Part shown: positions 1 through 13,853 of the stretch, in pieces
Numbering within the stretch: position 1 is the stretch's first letter
Layout: every line of letters starts with the position of its first letter
Assembly: GCA_965644315.1 (NCBI GenBank)
Contig: CBFFRQ010000069.1
Span: forward strand, 1,054,001-1,118,000
Direction of reading: 5' to 3'
DNA length: 64,000 bases
Source of the DNA: Caecitellus pseudoparvulus
Taxonomy: Eukaryota; Protista; Bigyra: Bicosoecida
Program-made: the position numbers and the translations under genes
The notes under the pieces: generated by a model
Seen by the model: the letters and a program-made list of their open reading frames with translations, nothing else
The model's database searches: none
Told to the model about the DNA's origin: nothing

Positions 1-2103
1 ATCGCGCACTTGGTGTCTCGGGAGCTGGAGGACAAGTCCATCGTCGTGTTCGACGAAGCCCACAACATCGACAACATCTGCATTGAGACCATGTCCGTGA
101 CGCTGGACAGGCGCCTGCTGGAGGCGTCCAGCCGCAATCTGAACAGCCTGGCAGGGGAGATCAAGCGCATGAAGGCGGCAGACGCACGCCGGCTGCAGGA
201 GGAGTACCAGCGCCTGCTGTCAGGCTTGACAGAGGGCGGCGCTGCCGCACTAGCCCACCCCTCCAGGCCAGGGCAGCCTGCAGTGAGTGGCGGTGGCGCA
301 GGTGCTGCAGCGCCCCCTGACGCACCAGGCGCCGTGAGGGACCGGGGCACGGCCATGGTGGCAGGAGGTGAGGAGGTGCTGGGTGCACCGGCCCTGCCCG
401 AGGACATCCTGAAGGAAGCCATCCCAGGGAACATTCGCAACGCCGAGCACTTCATCCAGTTCATGAAGTACGTCGTGCGCTGGCTCATCAACCGCATCAA
501 GGTGGCAGCTGTGGAGACGGAGACGCCTGGCAGCTTCACGGGCGCCATGGCCAGCGCCCTGAGCGTGGACACGCGGCCCCTGCGCTTCGCCTACTCCCGC
601 CTGAACTCCCTCATGCGCACGTTGGAAATCACGAGCATGGACGAGTATGCGCCGCTGACCCTGGTGGCCGACTTCTGCACGCTCATCACGACGTACCCAG
701 TGGGGTACATGGTGGTGCTGGAGCCGTACAACTCCCTCACCCCTGACATCGTGGACCCCATCATGCAGCTGGCGTGCCTGGACGCCTCCCTCGCCATCAA
801 GCCTGTGTTCCAGAAGTTCCAGTCCGTCATCCTCATGAGCGGCACCCTCTCGCCGCTGGACATGTACCCCAAGATGCTGAACTTCCACCCCGTCGTGCGC
901 GCCAGCTTCGAGATGTCCATCACCCGCCCCTGCATTGCGCCCATGATGGTGACGAAGGGGGCGGACCAGACGCCCTTGTCCACGCGCTTTGAAAGCCGCG
1001 ACGACCCCAACGTCACGCGCAACTACGCGGAGCTCGTCATCACCATGGCGCAGACAGTGCCAGACGGCCTGGTGGTCTTCTTCCCCTCCTACTCGTACAT
1101 GGAGCGCACCATCCTGCAGTGGCACAGGGACGGCATGCTGACCAAGATTCGGCAGCACAAGCTGCTGTTCCTGGAAACCAAGGACGTGGTGGAGACCACC
1201 CTGGCTCTCAATCAGTTCAAGCGTGCCTGTGACTCCGGCCGGGGGGCTGTCTTCTTCTCCATCGCCCGCGGGAAGGTGGCAGAGGGCATCGACTTCGACA
1301 AGCACTATGGCCGCTGTGTCGTGCTCATCGGCATCCCCTTCCAGTACACCCTCTCCCACGTCTTGCGCGCACGCCTGGTGTACTTGCGCGACACATTCCA
1401 CATCCGGGAGCAGGACTTCCTCACTTTTGACGCCCTGCGGCAGTCCTCCCAGTGTGTCGGCCGTGTCATCCGTTCCAAGTCGGACTACGGCGTGATGATC
1501 TTCGCCGACGCCCGGTACGCCCGGCACGACAAACGCAGCAAGCTGCCGCCGTGGATCATGCAGTTCATGCCTGAGGCACACATGGCACTGTCCACTCGCA
1601 CGGCGGCGCAGCTCGCCCGTCGATTCTTCAAGGAGTTGGCCCAACCATCCTCTGCCATGGCTGCCCTCGGCACGTCCTTGCTGTCCACAGAGCACGTGCA
1701 GGACCTGCTGCACAGCAGTGCTGCAGAGCCGAGGGAAGACGTCGGGCGCATCGTGCCTACCCCTGGGACTGCTGCGGTGATGACCTCTGGCGGTGGCTTC
1801 GTGGACCAGAGCAAGGTTGGCGTGTACGGCGCAGAGGACGCCGGGCCCTTGCCCACAGACTCTCGGCAGCAGGAGCCTTCAGGCGGACAAGCCAAGCAGC
1901 AAAGCCTGGGCTCTATGGGCGGCACCCGCCGCAGCCGAGAGGACATGGAGGGCAGTGTGCCTGACCTCCAGGCGGCGGGCTCGGGGGCGCCGGGGGTGGG
2001 CGTGTCCCACCTCCAGGCTGCATCTCTGGGCTTCGTCGGGGACACAGATGTGGGGATGGATGAGGCGCTGGCCGCCTTTGTTGATGAAGACGATTTGTGG
2101 TGA
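1..2103 (+). CDS. ERCC2: TFIIH/NER DNA helicase XPD (RAD3 family), 5'-truncated by the window edge
   Basis: DEAH box (VVFDEAHNIDN), SGTLSP, GLVVFFPSY, ARGKVAEGIDF, QCVGRVIRSKSDYG and KLPPWI are XPD motifs. Low-complexity insertion in the arch domain and a C-terminal tail. Confidence 0.96.
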   Translation: MAHLVSRELEDKSIVVFDEAHNIDNICIETMSVTLDRRLLEASSRNLNSLAGEIKRMKAADARRLQEEYQRLLSGLTEGGAAALAHPSRPGQPAVSGGGAGAAAPPDAPGAVRDRGTAMVAGGEEVLGAPALPEDILKEAIPGNIRNAEHFIQFMKYVVRWLINRIKVAAVETETPGSFTGAMASALSVDTRPLRFAYSRLNSLMRTLEITSMDEYAPLTLVADFCTLITTYPVGYMVVLEPYNSLTPDIVDPIMQLACLDASLAIKPVFQKFQSVILMSGTLSPLDMYPKMLNFHPVVRASFEMSITRPCIAPMMVTKGADQTPLSTRFESRDDPNVTRNYAELVITMAQTVPDGLVVFFPSYSYMERTILQWHRDGMLTKIRQHKLLFLETKDVVETTLALNQFKRACDSGRGAVFFSIARGKVAEGIDFDKHYGRCVVLIGIPFQYTLSHVLRARLVYLRDTFHIREQDFLTFDALRQSSQCVGRVIRSKSDYGVMIFADARYARHDKRSKLPPWIMQFMPEAHMALSTRTAAQLARRFFKELAQPSSAMAALGTSLLSTEHVQDLLHSSAAEPREDVGRIVPTPGTAAVMTSGGGFVDQSKVGVYGAEDAGPLPTDSRQQEPSGGQAKQQSLGSMGGTRRSREDMEGSVPDLQAAGSGAPGVGVSHLQAASLGFVGDTDVGMDEALAAFVDEDDLW

Positions 2104-2429
2104 GGCAGGCCAGTCACTGCAGGTGGCGCCGCAGGGGGGTGGACTTGGCCACCGCTACTTCTGTTGGGCTTGCTCTGGAAGGGTACCGGCTGCCTCCGCC
2201 TGACGGCGTGCTCGGCCCTGCTCAGCCTCTCTGTGGGGCGAGGAGCGAGGAAAAAGAGAGTTTCTGGGCTGCAGGGTGTGCTGCAGAATGAGCAGCAACG
2301 CACGGCGCTTGGAACACTTTCTCCGCCAGCTCTTGCGTGCGTGCTTGCGACGCGGTGTCGGCTGGTGCGGTCGTTGGGAAGTTTGTGTATACATGTCCGT
2401 CACGAACGAACAGCGGCGTGTCCTGCGTT

Positions 2430-3604
2430 TCAAGGGTGTGGCGTGGGGAGCGACGTTGGTGAGCTGCGCCCTGCAGGCCTTTGTGGCGGGTGACGTACCT
2501 TGACTGCCTGTGCAGGAACAGGCCATGGCAGCCGCTGGCTGGCAGAGTGAGAGGGGTCCGCAAGGGCTGCTGGTCGGAAAGGCCCGAATCCCTCAATCTC
2601 AATGAGGCTTTCGTCTGCCGGGGGGGCGGGCTCTGGCCTGAAGAAGCGCTCATACAGGAAGGTTTTCAAGTACGAGTGGTCGTCCGTGCCCCAGCCTGGC
2701 ACGGGGAAGAGGTAGTACATGGCCGGGCCGCCGCCACGGGTGTCCACTGTCGTGAAGTTCTGCGAGACGGCGTTGTGTTTGGCACACTCGCAGTCATCGC
2801 GCAGGTACCGCCGGCGGCGCCTGCCGAAGAGCGTCATGAAGTCCACGTCGATCTGCTCGAGACCCTGCTCGTCGATGACTCGGGTCAGACCAACACACAC
2901 TCTGCGCAGACCTCGCACCGTGATGGCAAATAGAAATCCACTGAGTCCTAAGAGGGCGGCAGGCATCATGAAGTTCTGCAGCGGGGAAGGGCGCCCGGTG
3001 CGTGCCTGGCGCAGCTTGCGGAAATCGCTTTTCGCCACGCACAGGGGCAGGAACGTCGCCCGCGAGCAACACAGCAGACAGCTCCTGCCCAGTGGCTTCA
3101 GCGAGACCTATACAATCATACAGCTTGGTCAGCTCGCGCTGGCCGACGTAGAGTGCGCCCCCTGCTGCGCCGATGCCATTCAGAGCCATGAGGTTGGCGA
3201 GGCCCCGCACGAGCATGCTGTCTGGCGTGCGGTAAAACTCGCACGAGTAGCCCAAAGGCAGCTCCTCCACATCCTCCCCTTGCTCGAACTGAGGGGGTGC
3301 CTCGCGTCCACCATCCCCTCCCATGGAGTGCTCCTCTTCAGCTGCTGCGCCCATGTTTGTGTGCTTGGCGTGAGTGGAGTCCATGTTGGTGCGCCGCTTC
3401 CACCTTCAGGCAAGAGGGAGGGGGCCAGTGCAGGTGCGGTGAAGGTGAATGGCGTGCCTCGCCGTGCACACACCCATGAAGCTTAGTGGTGCTGCAGTGG
3501 CGAACCAGGCAAGGCGCCAGGAGGCGTGCGCTGCTGGGGCTTGGTGAAGCCCACTGTGCTGCGAAACGCAGCACTCGGCGAGAGTGCGCCAACGCACTCT
3601 GCAT
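2430..3604 (-). CDS. Mitochondrial inner-membrane protein, TMEM186/TMEM70-like; 3' end uncertain
   Basis: Spliced model: Arg/Ser/Leu-rich presequence from ATG 3604, then GT-AG introns joining ORFs 2794..3384 and 2430..3038. It has FYR, two hydrophobic segments, then LRRV...DFMTLFGRRR, resembling TMEM186 (FYRF...LRRLVG...HLNFWGWR). Confidence 0.5.
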
Positions 3605-3727
3605 GGCAACGCGTCGTAGCAAGCAGATGTCCCCGAGATGGGTACAATGAGGGCATGCTGTGCGCGGAGGGAGGTGCGGAATGTGTGAATTGTGTCGTGC
3701 ACAGTGCGGTGTGCGTGGCGCCGGCGC

Positions 3728-5249
3728 TCAGCTCTTTTGAGCCGCCTCCCATTCCGCAGTGCCCTTGACAGGCGCAGACGCCATGTCTGTCTTCAAGGAT
3801 TCGATGGGCTGCGCAAGGGGCTCTGGGAAGGCAGCCGTCTGCGTCACGAGCATGTCCTCTGCCACTTGCAGCATGACGCTGGCGCCGACGAGCAGGCAGT
3901 CCTCTGAGAACGTGAAAACCGACTTGTGGTGGGGGATGGAGCCCACCGGCACGCCTTCCGGCGCACTGCCCACAAAGAAGAAGCAGCCGGGAACTTTGTG
4001 CAGGAAGTAGGAGAAGTCCTCCCCCGCCATGGTCAGCGTCGGCTCACCAGCACCGTCAGGCCCCACCACCTTCTCAGCTGCAGCCAGCACGTTCCCAACT
4101 GCTGTTGCGTCCACGTTCACGGTGGCAGGGTACCCCAGCCAGTAGTCGTAGTCGATGCCGGCACCGTATGCCGCCGCGACCCCTGCTGCAACTGACTTGA
4201 TGCGGTCTGCCACCATGGCCTGCACCTTAGTGTCGTATGTTCGGCAGGTGCCGAGAATCTCCACTTCGTCAGCGATGATGTTGAAAGCGTAGCCGCCCTG
4301 CACGATGCCGCAGGAGATGACGGCGCTCTGCGTCGGGGAGACGTTCCTGCTCACGATGCTCTGCAGCGCCATGATGACGTTGGCAGCCACCAGCACGGCG
4401 TCCACTGTGCCATGTGGCGCCGCGCCGTGTCCGCCCGACCCCTTCACCCGGATGCGGAAGCGGTCCGAGTTGGCCATGACGCCACCCACACGCGTGGAGA
4501 CTCGCCCCACGGGGTCATAGTTCCACAGGTGCAGGCCCATGATGCAGTCCACAGAGGGGCCCGCCACGTCCCCCCCCAGCACACCCTCCTCCACCATCAA
4601 CTGGGCCCCAGCATAGCCCTCCTCTGCTGGCTGGAAGATGGCCATCAGGGTGCCCTTCATCTCGGCCCGCTTGGCCACCATGGCCTTTACGGCGGCCAGG
4701 AGGATGGACATGTGCCCGTCGTGGCCACAGGCATGCATGACACCCTTGTTTGTGGACTTGAACTCCAGGTCCCCCGTCTCCTCCAGCGGCAACGCGTCCA
4801 TGTCGGCTCGCAAGGCCAGGCACGGGTGGTCGCTCTGCCCACGCACCACCGCCACCACGCCAGTGCGTGCGATGCCGGTGTGGATCTCCTCCACCCCGTA
4901 TGATTTAAGCTGCTCCACAATCCAGGCAGCAGTCTTCACTTCATGGTAGGACAGCTCGGGGTGCCTGCGTCGAGAGGGGCACAGACGCCGTGCACAGGTT
5001 GGCCTGCGGAAATTGACACCCTGCCACTCACGCATGCAAATGCCGACGGTTGGCAATGATTTCGTCCTTCATGGCGAGAATCTCCTCCCGAATGTTCATT
5101 TCATCCAGGGGCGTGTTCTTGCGGTCATCCCCCACGATGGCGATGGGCTCGCCACATGTGCAGGCACTAATGGTGCCGGTCACAGGGGGCGGCGTGGCCA
5201 CCGGGTTAGCGGGTGGTGGCCCAGCGCCACTGCTTGTGGAAGCTGCCAT
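3728..5249 (-). CDS. M20D-family amidohydrolase (IAA-amino acid hydrolase/YxeP-like); one intron 4965-5031
   Basis: RRHLHA|HPELS after splicing, plus RADMDAL, MHACGHDGH, FQPAEEG, GGHGAAPH and GEDFS motifs. Confidence 0.92.
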
Positions 5250-5417
5250 GGTGAGGATCCCAGGGGGGTGTTCAGCTCGACATTTGGCGTGCGGGCTTGC
5301 CTCACGCGTGCTGTGGTTTTGTATTGTGAGATGCCAACCTGCCTGCACGCCGGGGTGCAGCCGCTCACGGATTCCCTCTGCCGAGCACACAGGAGCCATC
5401 CCCCCCCCGCCCCCCAC

Positions 5418-6564
5418 TCAGCCTCTGAAGGCATTCTTTGACTTGCGCAGTCTGTGCAGCACCTCCACTTGCGCCTGCACTTCGTCGCTGGGCAGCTGGG
5501 CACCCGCCTTGGCAGCAAACGCCACCACCTCTGGTGCCTGCAGACGCATGAAGACGTTGGTTGCCAGCTCTTGCGCCACCGTGCTGGGCACGGTCGGCAC
5601 ACCAGCACCCACTTGTTCCTTTGCCCAGGCAGCTTTTGCGACGATGTCGGCGTTGCCGGGCTCCACCGCTGCGCCGAAGGCAAAGTTGGCGACAGTGTAC
5701 TCATGCCCCACTGCTAGCAGCGTGTCTGGGGGCATGGCGCCGATGACCTCCACCAGGGCGGTGTACATCTGAGCAGGCGTGCCCTTGTTGAAGCGGCCAC
5801 AGCCGCCCACGAACAGTGTGTCGCCTGTGAACACGATGCCTCGAGCCGCCACCTGCTCCTCGTCCATCAGGAAAAACGGCACGTCGGAGCCACCCGCGCC
5901 AGGCGCCACATCCCGCGTGAGAGAGATGGAGAATGGGCTCCGTCCATCACTTGAGCCCTCGCTGCCTGCCCCGCCACCTGCTGCGGCTGCGGAGGTTGAC
6001 CCGGCTGATGCCTGCTGCGCTGCCCCTGCCACGGTGCAGTGGAAGAGCAGGTGGCCCGGGGTGTGGCAGGGCGTGTGCAGGGCTGTGACGGCTATGGAGC
6101 ATGAGTCCCCCAGGGTGAAGCTGTCCTTGTCTGCCAGCTCTTGTGTGACGCAGGGAATGCCATCCCCAACACCGCCAAACACTCTGCGCAAGTCGAGCAT
6201 CGAGGCTGCAGGGAAGCGGGAGCAACGGCGGCGACGCAGGCACGCACTGCACCCCTTCCACTCCCCTCTCTGTCAGAGTCTGCACGAGTTCCTTGTTTCC
6301 GCCAGCATGGTCCCAGTGCTGCAGGGGGGCGGCGGCAAGGAGGACTGCGGAAATCGCCAGATCACACCACGCCTTGCGGTGGCCACGTACCTGGTGCGTG
6401 GTAAGGATAGCATTGGGCGTGACCCCTAGGTGGCGACAGACTTGCAGAATCGGCTGAGGCTCTGCTGGGTCCACAAGTGCCACTGTCGCGCTGCCTTGTT
6501 CGCGCAGAATGTAAGCGAAGTTTCGCTCCTGGCTCTGCAGGATGGGGACGATGTACACCTGCAT
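5418..6564 (-). CDS. HAGH: Hydroxyacylglutathione hydrolase (glyoxalase II), metallo-beta-lactamase fold, with introns
   Basis: NFAY, VDPAE, ILTTHQ|HWDHAGGN, HTPCHTPGH, FTGDTLFVGGCGRF, GHEYT, PSTVAQELATNVFMR and LRKSKNAF. Confidence 0.92.
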
Positions 6565-6764
6565 CGCGTGAGGGACTCGTTCCGCAAACAGGACGAGGCG
6601 CAGCGGCCAAGAGAAGGGCGTGTGGGATGGAACACTTCCAGTGTCCCAGCTCGTACCTCTGCAGCTGGGCGGCACCGGGAGCGTCAAACTGTCAATTGTG
6701 GCGGCGGAGGGTGCAGTGCATTGCAGCGGCGCGAGGGTCACAGTGGGAGGGGATGCGTCGCCAC

Positions 6765-8114
<1,350 letters not shown>

Positions 8115-8221
8115 GGTGGCAGTGGTGGCAAGTGGCGGGGGTGCACGGCGCAGCTGCAGGGCAGAAGCGGCAGTTCTGACTGTAGATTGGGTGTGAAGGG
8201 CGGGAAATGTGTTGAACGTCG

Positions 8222-10431
8222 TCAGTAGTCCACTGGCAGGCTCCAAATGTCGCGTGGGGTGGCGCGTAGCTTGCCCTCTGACGTGGTAGGCCGCGCAGGG
8301 GCAGCCTGGGGCTGCACCCGGGCGGGCGGGGTGTACAACTCTGACAATGCACTCTCATCCACGAGGGACAGCGTGCCGTCCGCTCGCTGGTACGCTGCGG
8401 GGGCTGGGGCAGGCGCCCCCTCCTCACCCGGCACCTCCGCCAAATCGTCAAACTGCAGCACCTCGCCCTGCTCAACCGCACCTCCTGGTGACTCCACGAC
8501 AGCTTCTTTGGCTTCCCCTCCCTCCTCTTCGACAAGCATGCGAGTGGGGCTCGGTGCTGCTGCTGCAGACGAGGGTTGGACTTCCGTGGAGGTTGTGCCG
8601 GTTTCTGGAGAGGCTGCCGGCGAGGGTCGCTGGGGGGCACCTTGTTTCCGGGAGGCGTGCAGGGCCTTGACGTGAGCTGTGAAAGCCTCCACATCTGCGG
8701 CTGCCCCCGTGGCGTCGCTTTTGAACCTGCATGGGGGGTGGGGCGGGCGGTGGCGGTGAATCGGCAAGGCCTGGCTGCCGCTGCTGTAACGCACAAGTGT
8801 TTGTAGCCAGTGTACCATGATGACTCCTCCACCGTGGCTGGGTCCACGCCCAGCACCTTCGCAGCCTTCTCCCCCAGCCCAACGCTGGCTGACCCGACTT
8901 TGCCCCCTGAGCTGGTGCCTGCAGCCGTGCTGGCTGAGGCGGGCTGCGCCGGCGCAGCAGGCGCTTGCCCCCGCCACGCCAACACAGCGTCCCGGAACGC
9001 AGCATGCTCTGCCTCCTCGCTAGGCCCCGGTGCCAGCAAGGGGTTGCCTGTCGCAGGAGCAGGCGCCTGGCCCAGTGTCGCGGCAAATGCCCCGCCACTG
9101 CCCTGGTTCGTGGACGCGCCGAGGGATGCCGCGAAACGCCCTCCCCCCCCTCTGCCACGTGAGCCGTCAGCACTTGCCTTGCCTGCACCGGCTGGCGCCT
9201 CAGCGGGGTTGCTCCAAGCCGTGTCTGTGCCGGCGTTGGCCACGGCGACGCCTGCTGGTGCCTCGGGTGCCGCAGTGCCGCCACGCCGCCACGCCATGAC
9301 TGCCTCTTTGAAGGCACTGCGCTCAGCCTCCTCGTCATGCTCCGCGGCGGCGGCAGCAGCGAGGGGGTTGGCAGGGGCTGCCGTCCCCTCACCAGGGCCA
9401 GCTACCGGGGCCATGCCACTGGATGCCTGCGACCAGTGCACCATTGCCGGGGCAGGGGCTGGTGCAGCCTCAGCGGCCACACCACCACCACCTGCTCTGC
9501 TGCCGCCACCACGAGGGGTGGGCGCTGCCGCAGCCTCGTCCTGCCCCGTCTGCACAGCTGTCGCGAGGCGTGCGATGGCCTTCAGCAGCAGCTTGCGGTG
9601 GGCCAGCGCCTTCACCTCCAGGTAGTCCAGGTCCTCCTTCCCCACATCCAGCAGCACTGCTCCCGACACTTCGTTCTCCGCGAAGATGCTGACGTACTTG
9701 GCCAGGCCCAGGGACGCCAGCCAGTCCCCCACATCCCCCGTGGACCACAGGTGGGCCTTGGCCGGCTGCAGGCCACCCGCCACAGTGCCTCGTGCTGAGG
9801 GTGGCGCAGGTGCTGCTGCAACTTGTCCTGCAGCGCCCAGCTCCAGCGCTGGGATGTTTGAGGCGGGGGCTGGCGCCTGGGCAGGGGGAGCGCGGTGCTG
9901 TGCGTGCTGCGTTGCGGCAGCTCGCTCCGAGGCCGCCTTGCGCAGGTTGACTTGGCGCTGGGCCCGGCGCTCAGCGGCAGGTTCGGCTTGGGCCAGCAGG
10001 TCCTTGGCGTAGGTCGTGATGGGCCCTCGAGTGCGCGCGGCAGCCCCCCACCTGGGCCCGCCACTCTTGCTGGCTCTGCGAGTGCCGAGGGGGGCGAGCT
10101 GTGGGGCAGGTGCACCGCGGGTGCGGGAGGATGCCCATGACGTACGCCTGTGCAGCTGCTCGCTCCTCGTCAACTTTTGCTTGCAGCTCCCTGCGACCAG
10201 GCGTCTCAGACGTGTGCAACGGGTGGAGGGTTTCAGGAGCGTTTCTCCCGGCGCACCTGAGCTTGGCTTCCATCTCCCACGTTTCACGCTTCAAGGCATC
10301 GCTCTCCCGCAACTTCCGCCTGTGCAATGGGTGCCGTCAATGTGGACTGCGCCTGCACAAGGCACAGCGCGCCTTCGCCCGCCTTGCAAGACCCACCTGC
10401 TGCGGCCAGGCCTGCGTGGCCCGCCAGACAT
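8222..10431 (-). CDS. ZBBX-like ciliary protein carrying a SAM domain; multi-exon
   Basis: SAM domain WSTGDVGDWLASLGLAKYVSIFAENEVSGAVLL...HRKLLLKAI. N-terminal coiled coil ETWEMEAKLRELQ...GPRWGAA. Two copies of EEAExxAFxxAVxAWR, resembling the ZBBX EExSAxxFQEALxQWR motif. Confidence 0.6.
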
Positions 10432-10571
10432 GGCTGAGGCGTGCCGGGAGTGGATCCGCCCCCACAGTGCGGGCGTCAAGGCACGCTCGTACCAGCCGCT
10501 GCCTGTGCCCCTGCATCTTCAACGTCGCTGGGTCGAATGTCGGGTGTGAGTGTGAATTGCCCGGCGCCAAC

Positions 10572-13417
10572 TCAGTCGTACAGGTCCTCCTCGTCACCGT
10601 TGTCCCCGCCCACGGCGTTGCCCCCAGCACCCCCCAGCCCGGCACTGCGCATGGTGAAGCGGCCATCTGCCGCCGTCTTGGATGCCTCCTCATCCGTGGT
10701 GATGGTCTGCGTGGCGCCGCCCTGGCGATCTGCCAGGCGCTGCCGGGCCGCCTCGTAGCTGGCCAGGTCCGCTCCTGAGATGGAGGGGCCGCAGTTGGAC
10801 CTGGCGATCTCGAAGGCGCTGGGCTGCACCGCCCACAGGGACGTGTCCTCCCCGCGCTCCATGGCGCTCAGTCGCTGCCGCACAGAGATCTTCACCGCCA
10901 TCTGCACCAGGCCGGCGATGTCGGCGCCCGAGAAGCCATCCGTCGCCTCCGCCAACTTGTCGATGTCCAGGGACGGGTGCACGCGCGTCTTGCGCAGAAC
11001 AGCACGCAAGACGCTGACACGGGCTGGGAAGTCGGGCATGGGCACGTAGATGAGCTGGGACAGGCGGCCCGCTCGCAGGAAGGCGGAGTCCAGTTGGTCA
11101 GGGCGGTTGGTGGCGCCCATCACGAACAGGTTCTTGCGCCCGCCCACGCCGTCGATCTCCGTCAGCAGCTGGTTCACGATGCGGTCGCCGACGCCCCCTG
11201 CAGAGACGGCGCCGCTGCCGCCTCGCTGCTGGGCGATGGAGTCCACCTCGTCGAAGAACAGAATGCAGGGTGACGCCTGGCGGGCTTTGTCAAAGACGTT
11301 GCGGACGTTCTGCTCTGCCTCGCCGAACCACTTGGACAGCAGCTGTGGCCCCTTGATGGCAATGAAGTTGGAGCCGCACTCGCAAGCCATGGCCTTGGCC
11401 AGCAGCGTCTTGCCCGTGCCGGGGGGGCCGTACAGGAGTGCGCCGGAGGGCGGGTCCACCCCCATCTCCGCGTAGAACTCCGGGTTGTTCACGGGCAACT
11501 CCACCATGTCCCGCAGCTCTTGCTTGACGCCTTCCAGGCCGCCAATGTCGTCGAAGGACACCTGTGGCGTCTCCACCACGACGTCCCGCACGAGGGACGG
11601 CGTGACCTTGTCCATGGCAGCGAGGAAGTCCTCGTGCCGAATGGCCAGGGCGTTCATGAACTCCTGCGGCACCTCGTCCTCGTCCAGGTCCAGCAGCGTC
11701 GGCGTGTGCTTGTGGATGGCGTGGATGGCTGCCTTCATGCACAGCGCTTGCAGGTCAGCGCCGACGTAGCCGTGGGTAACGTCCGCCACATGCCCCAAGC
11801 GCACGTCCACCAGCTTGGTCTTCTTCGTCAGGATCTCCAGGATCTCCAGACGGCCGTCTCGGGAGGGCACGGGGATGACAATTTCCGTGTCGAAGCGGCC
11901 AGCGCGGCGCAGGGCCATGTCCAGGGAGTTGGGGCGGTTCGTCGCAGCGATGACCATGAGCCCAGCGTGGGCCTTCAGCCCGTCCATGGCCGTCAGCAGC
12001 GCCGTCACCACCCGGCGCATGTTCTCGTCGCGGGTCTTATCGCGGTCAGGTGCAATGGCGTCGATTTCGTCGATGAAGATGATGGAGGGCGCGTGGGCCT
12101 CCGCCTTGCTGAAGAGGTTCTTGATCTTGCTCTCCGCCTCACCGCGGCCGCCTGAGATGATCTCGGGGCCGTTGATGACGTAGAAGGTGGCCCCACACTC
12201 GTTCGCGATGGCGCGTGCAATGAGGGTCTTGCCACAGCCGGGTGGGCCGTGCATGAGCACTCCCTTGGGCGGCTTCACACCAATGGTGGAGAACAGCTTG
12301 GGGTGCTTGAAGGGCAGCTCCACAGTCTCGCGGATGCGGTGCAGCTGCTCCCGCAGCCCGCCCACGTCCGAGTACCCAACAGCGTTCAGGTCAGCCTCGG
12401 ACTCCTCCTGGGAAATGGGCTGAGGTGCCACCTGCACAGTGGTCTGCTCGGGACCCTCCGCCGTGATGACCTTGCCGAAGGTGTCCTTGCCACCGTTGGG
12501 GGTGACAGCGGTCACCTTCACCCACACGCCGCGGCCCATGAGCACCAGGTCGCCCTTCTTGATCACGCGGGGCTGGGCGGCCTCTGCAAAGTACGGCGCG
12601 ATGACCTCCGCCTCCACGCGGGCCATGGGGATGCCGCCCAGCGTGCCCTCCACCACAGCCAGTTCGGCACGCGTCAAGTTGCGAGGGTGCGCCTGCTTCA
12701 CGACGAGGAACTCGGGCTTCTCTGGTGCGGCCAGGTTGCCCTCCCCGTCACGGTTGCCGCCGGCGCGCACAGTGACTCCCAGGAACTTCTTCGCCTCCTT
12801 CACGCCCAGGTTCTTCAGCACTGCCTCCGGCACGCCAACTTCCGTGTCAGCCAACTCGTCGTCCTCTGCAACCATGGCGATGGTCGAGCGGCGCTTCTTG
12901 CCGATGATCTCCACGTAGTCCCTGTGCACAGCGAGCGAGGAGCGTGAAGCCGAGCACCAGCTGGGCGGCCTCCGCAGCCATCGCACCCTTCGAAGACCTC
13001 CAACTTCTCGTCCATGGCATCACTGTTCAAGAACACCTCAATGGTGTCTGCATCGGGTTTTCGCACGACAGCTGAGAAGGGAGGGCAGGGACGGCGACAT
13101 GTGCAGTAACTGGATCGGCTCGCTGAGTGGAGCCTGCGTTTCGTTCGCGGAGCGAGTCTCAACACGCCAACCGGCGCCGCCTGCGAGAGGCGCCGGCAGC
13201 CCCCCCCCCTACATGCTGGGGTGCCAAGGTACACTCCTCTTGCGCTGTGCCCGGTTCGGCGTGCACAGCCGGCAGGCGCTGGGACTGGCAGGCGGCAGTT
13301 GCCCGAGGCACCCTGTCAGCCCTCTGCACTTCCGCATGTCCACCACGCCAACAGCAGCAGGCACGTACTGAAGCGACCAGGGATCTCCACGCTGGGAGCA
13401 TCACCTGAGGCAGCCAT
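10572..13417 (-). CDS. CDC48: CDC48/p97 (VCP) family AAA+ ATPase, divergent paralogue; 2 introns near the 5' end
   Basis: N-domain (MDEKLEVFEG|DYVEIIGKKRR), D1 GPPGCGKT and IFIDEID, D2 GPPGTGKT and LFFDEVD, SRH ATNRP...LRAGRL, C-terminal HbYX-like EDLYD. Start MAASGDAPSVEIPGRF at 13417. Confidence 0.9.
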
Positions 13418-13853
13418 GACACTGGTTCAACTAGGCTTCTGCACACGCGTGGCAACTGGCCCGTGGAGAGCTTGATGGGGCGTCTTCTTGCCCGAGCACC
13501 TGCGCGATGCTCGAGGAGGCCGGCGACAGGCAGACGGCACGCTGCTCACGGGGAAATCCAGTGAGCGATGAGCAAAGGATTGGACGCTACAGTCGCGTGG
13601 TACTTGTTTGGCAGCGCTGCAACATTGTTCTGACAGCCATGCGCCAGAGGGGGTGGAGCGAGGCGCGGCCGGGCAAGGCCACCTCCAGCACTTGCTGCAG
13701 CTGTGAAGGGGGGGCGAGTGCCCTTCCTCTCAGCGCCAGCAGAGCCAGTACTGGTGCACTTCTACATGCTGCACCCCACCCCCACCACAGCACCCTCCGC
13801 ACCCTCCTCGCCGTGCACCCCCACTGTCGCTGCGCCGCAAGTGAAACGCAACC
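13418..13853. promoter_or_regulatory. Probable bidirectional promoter region, CDC48 / UAP56
   Basis: 436 bp between divergent start codons. No specific element identified. Confidence 0.45.
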
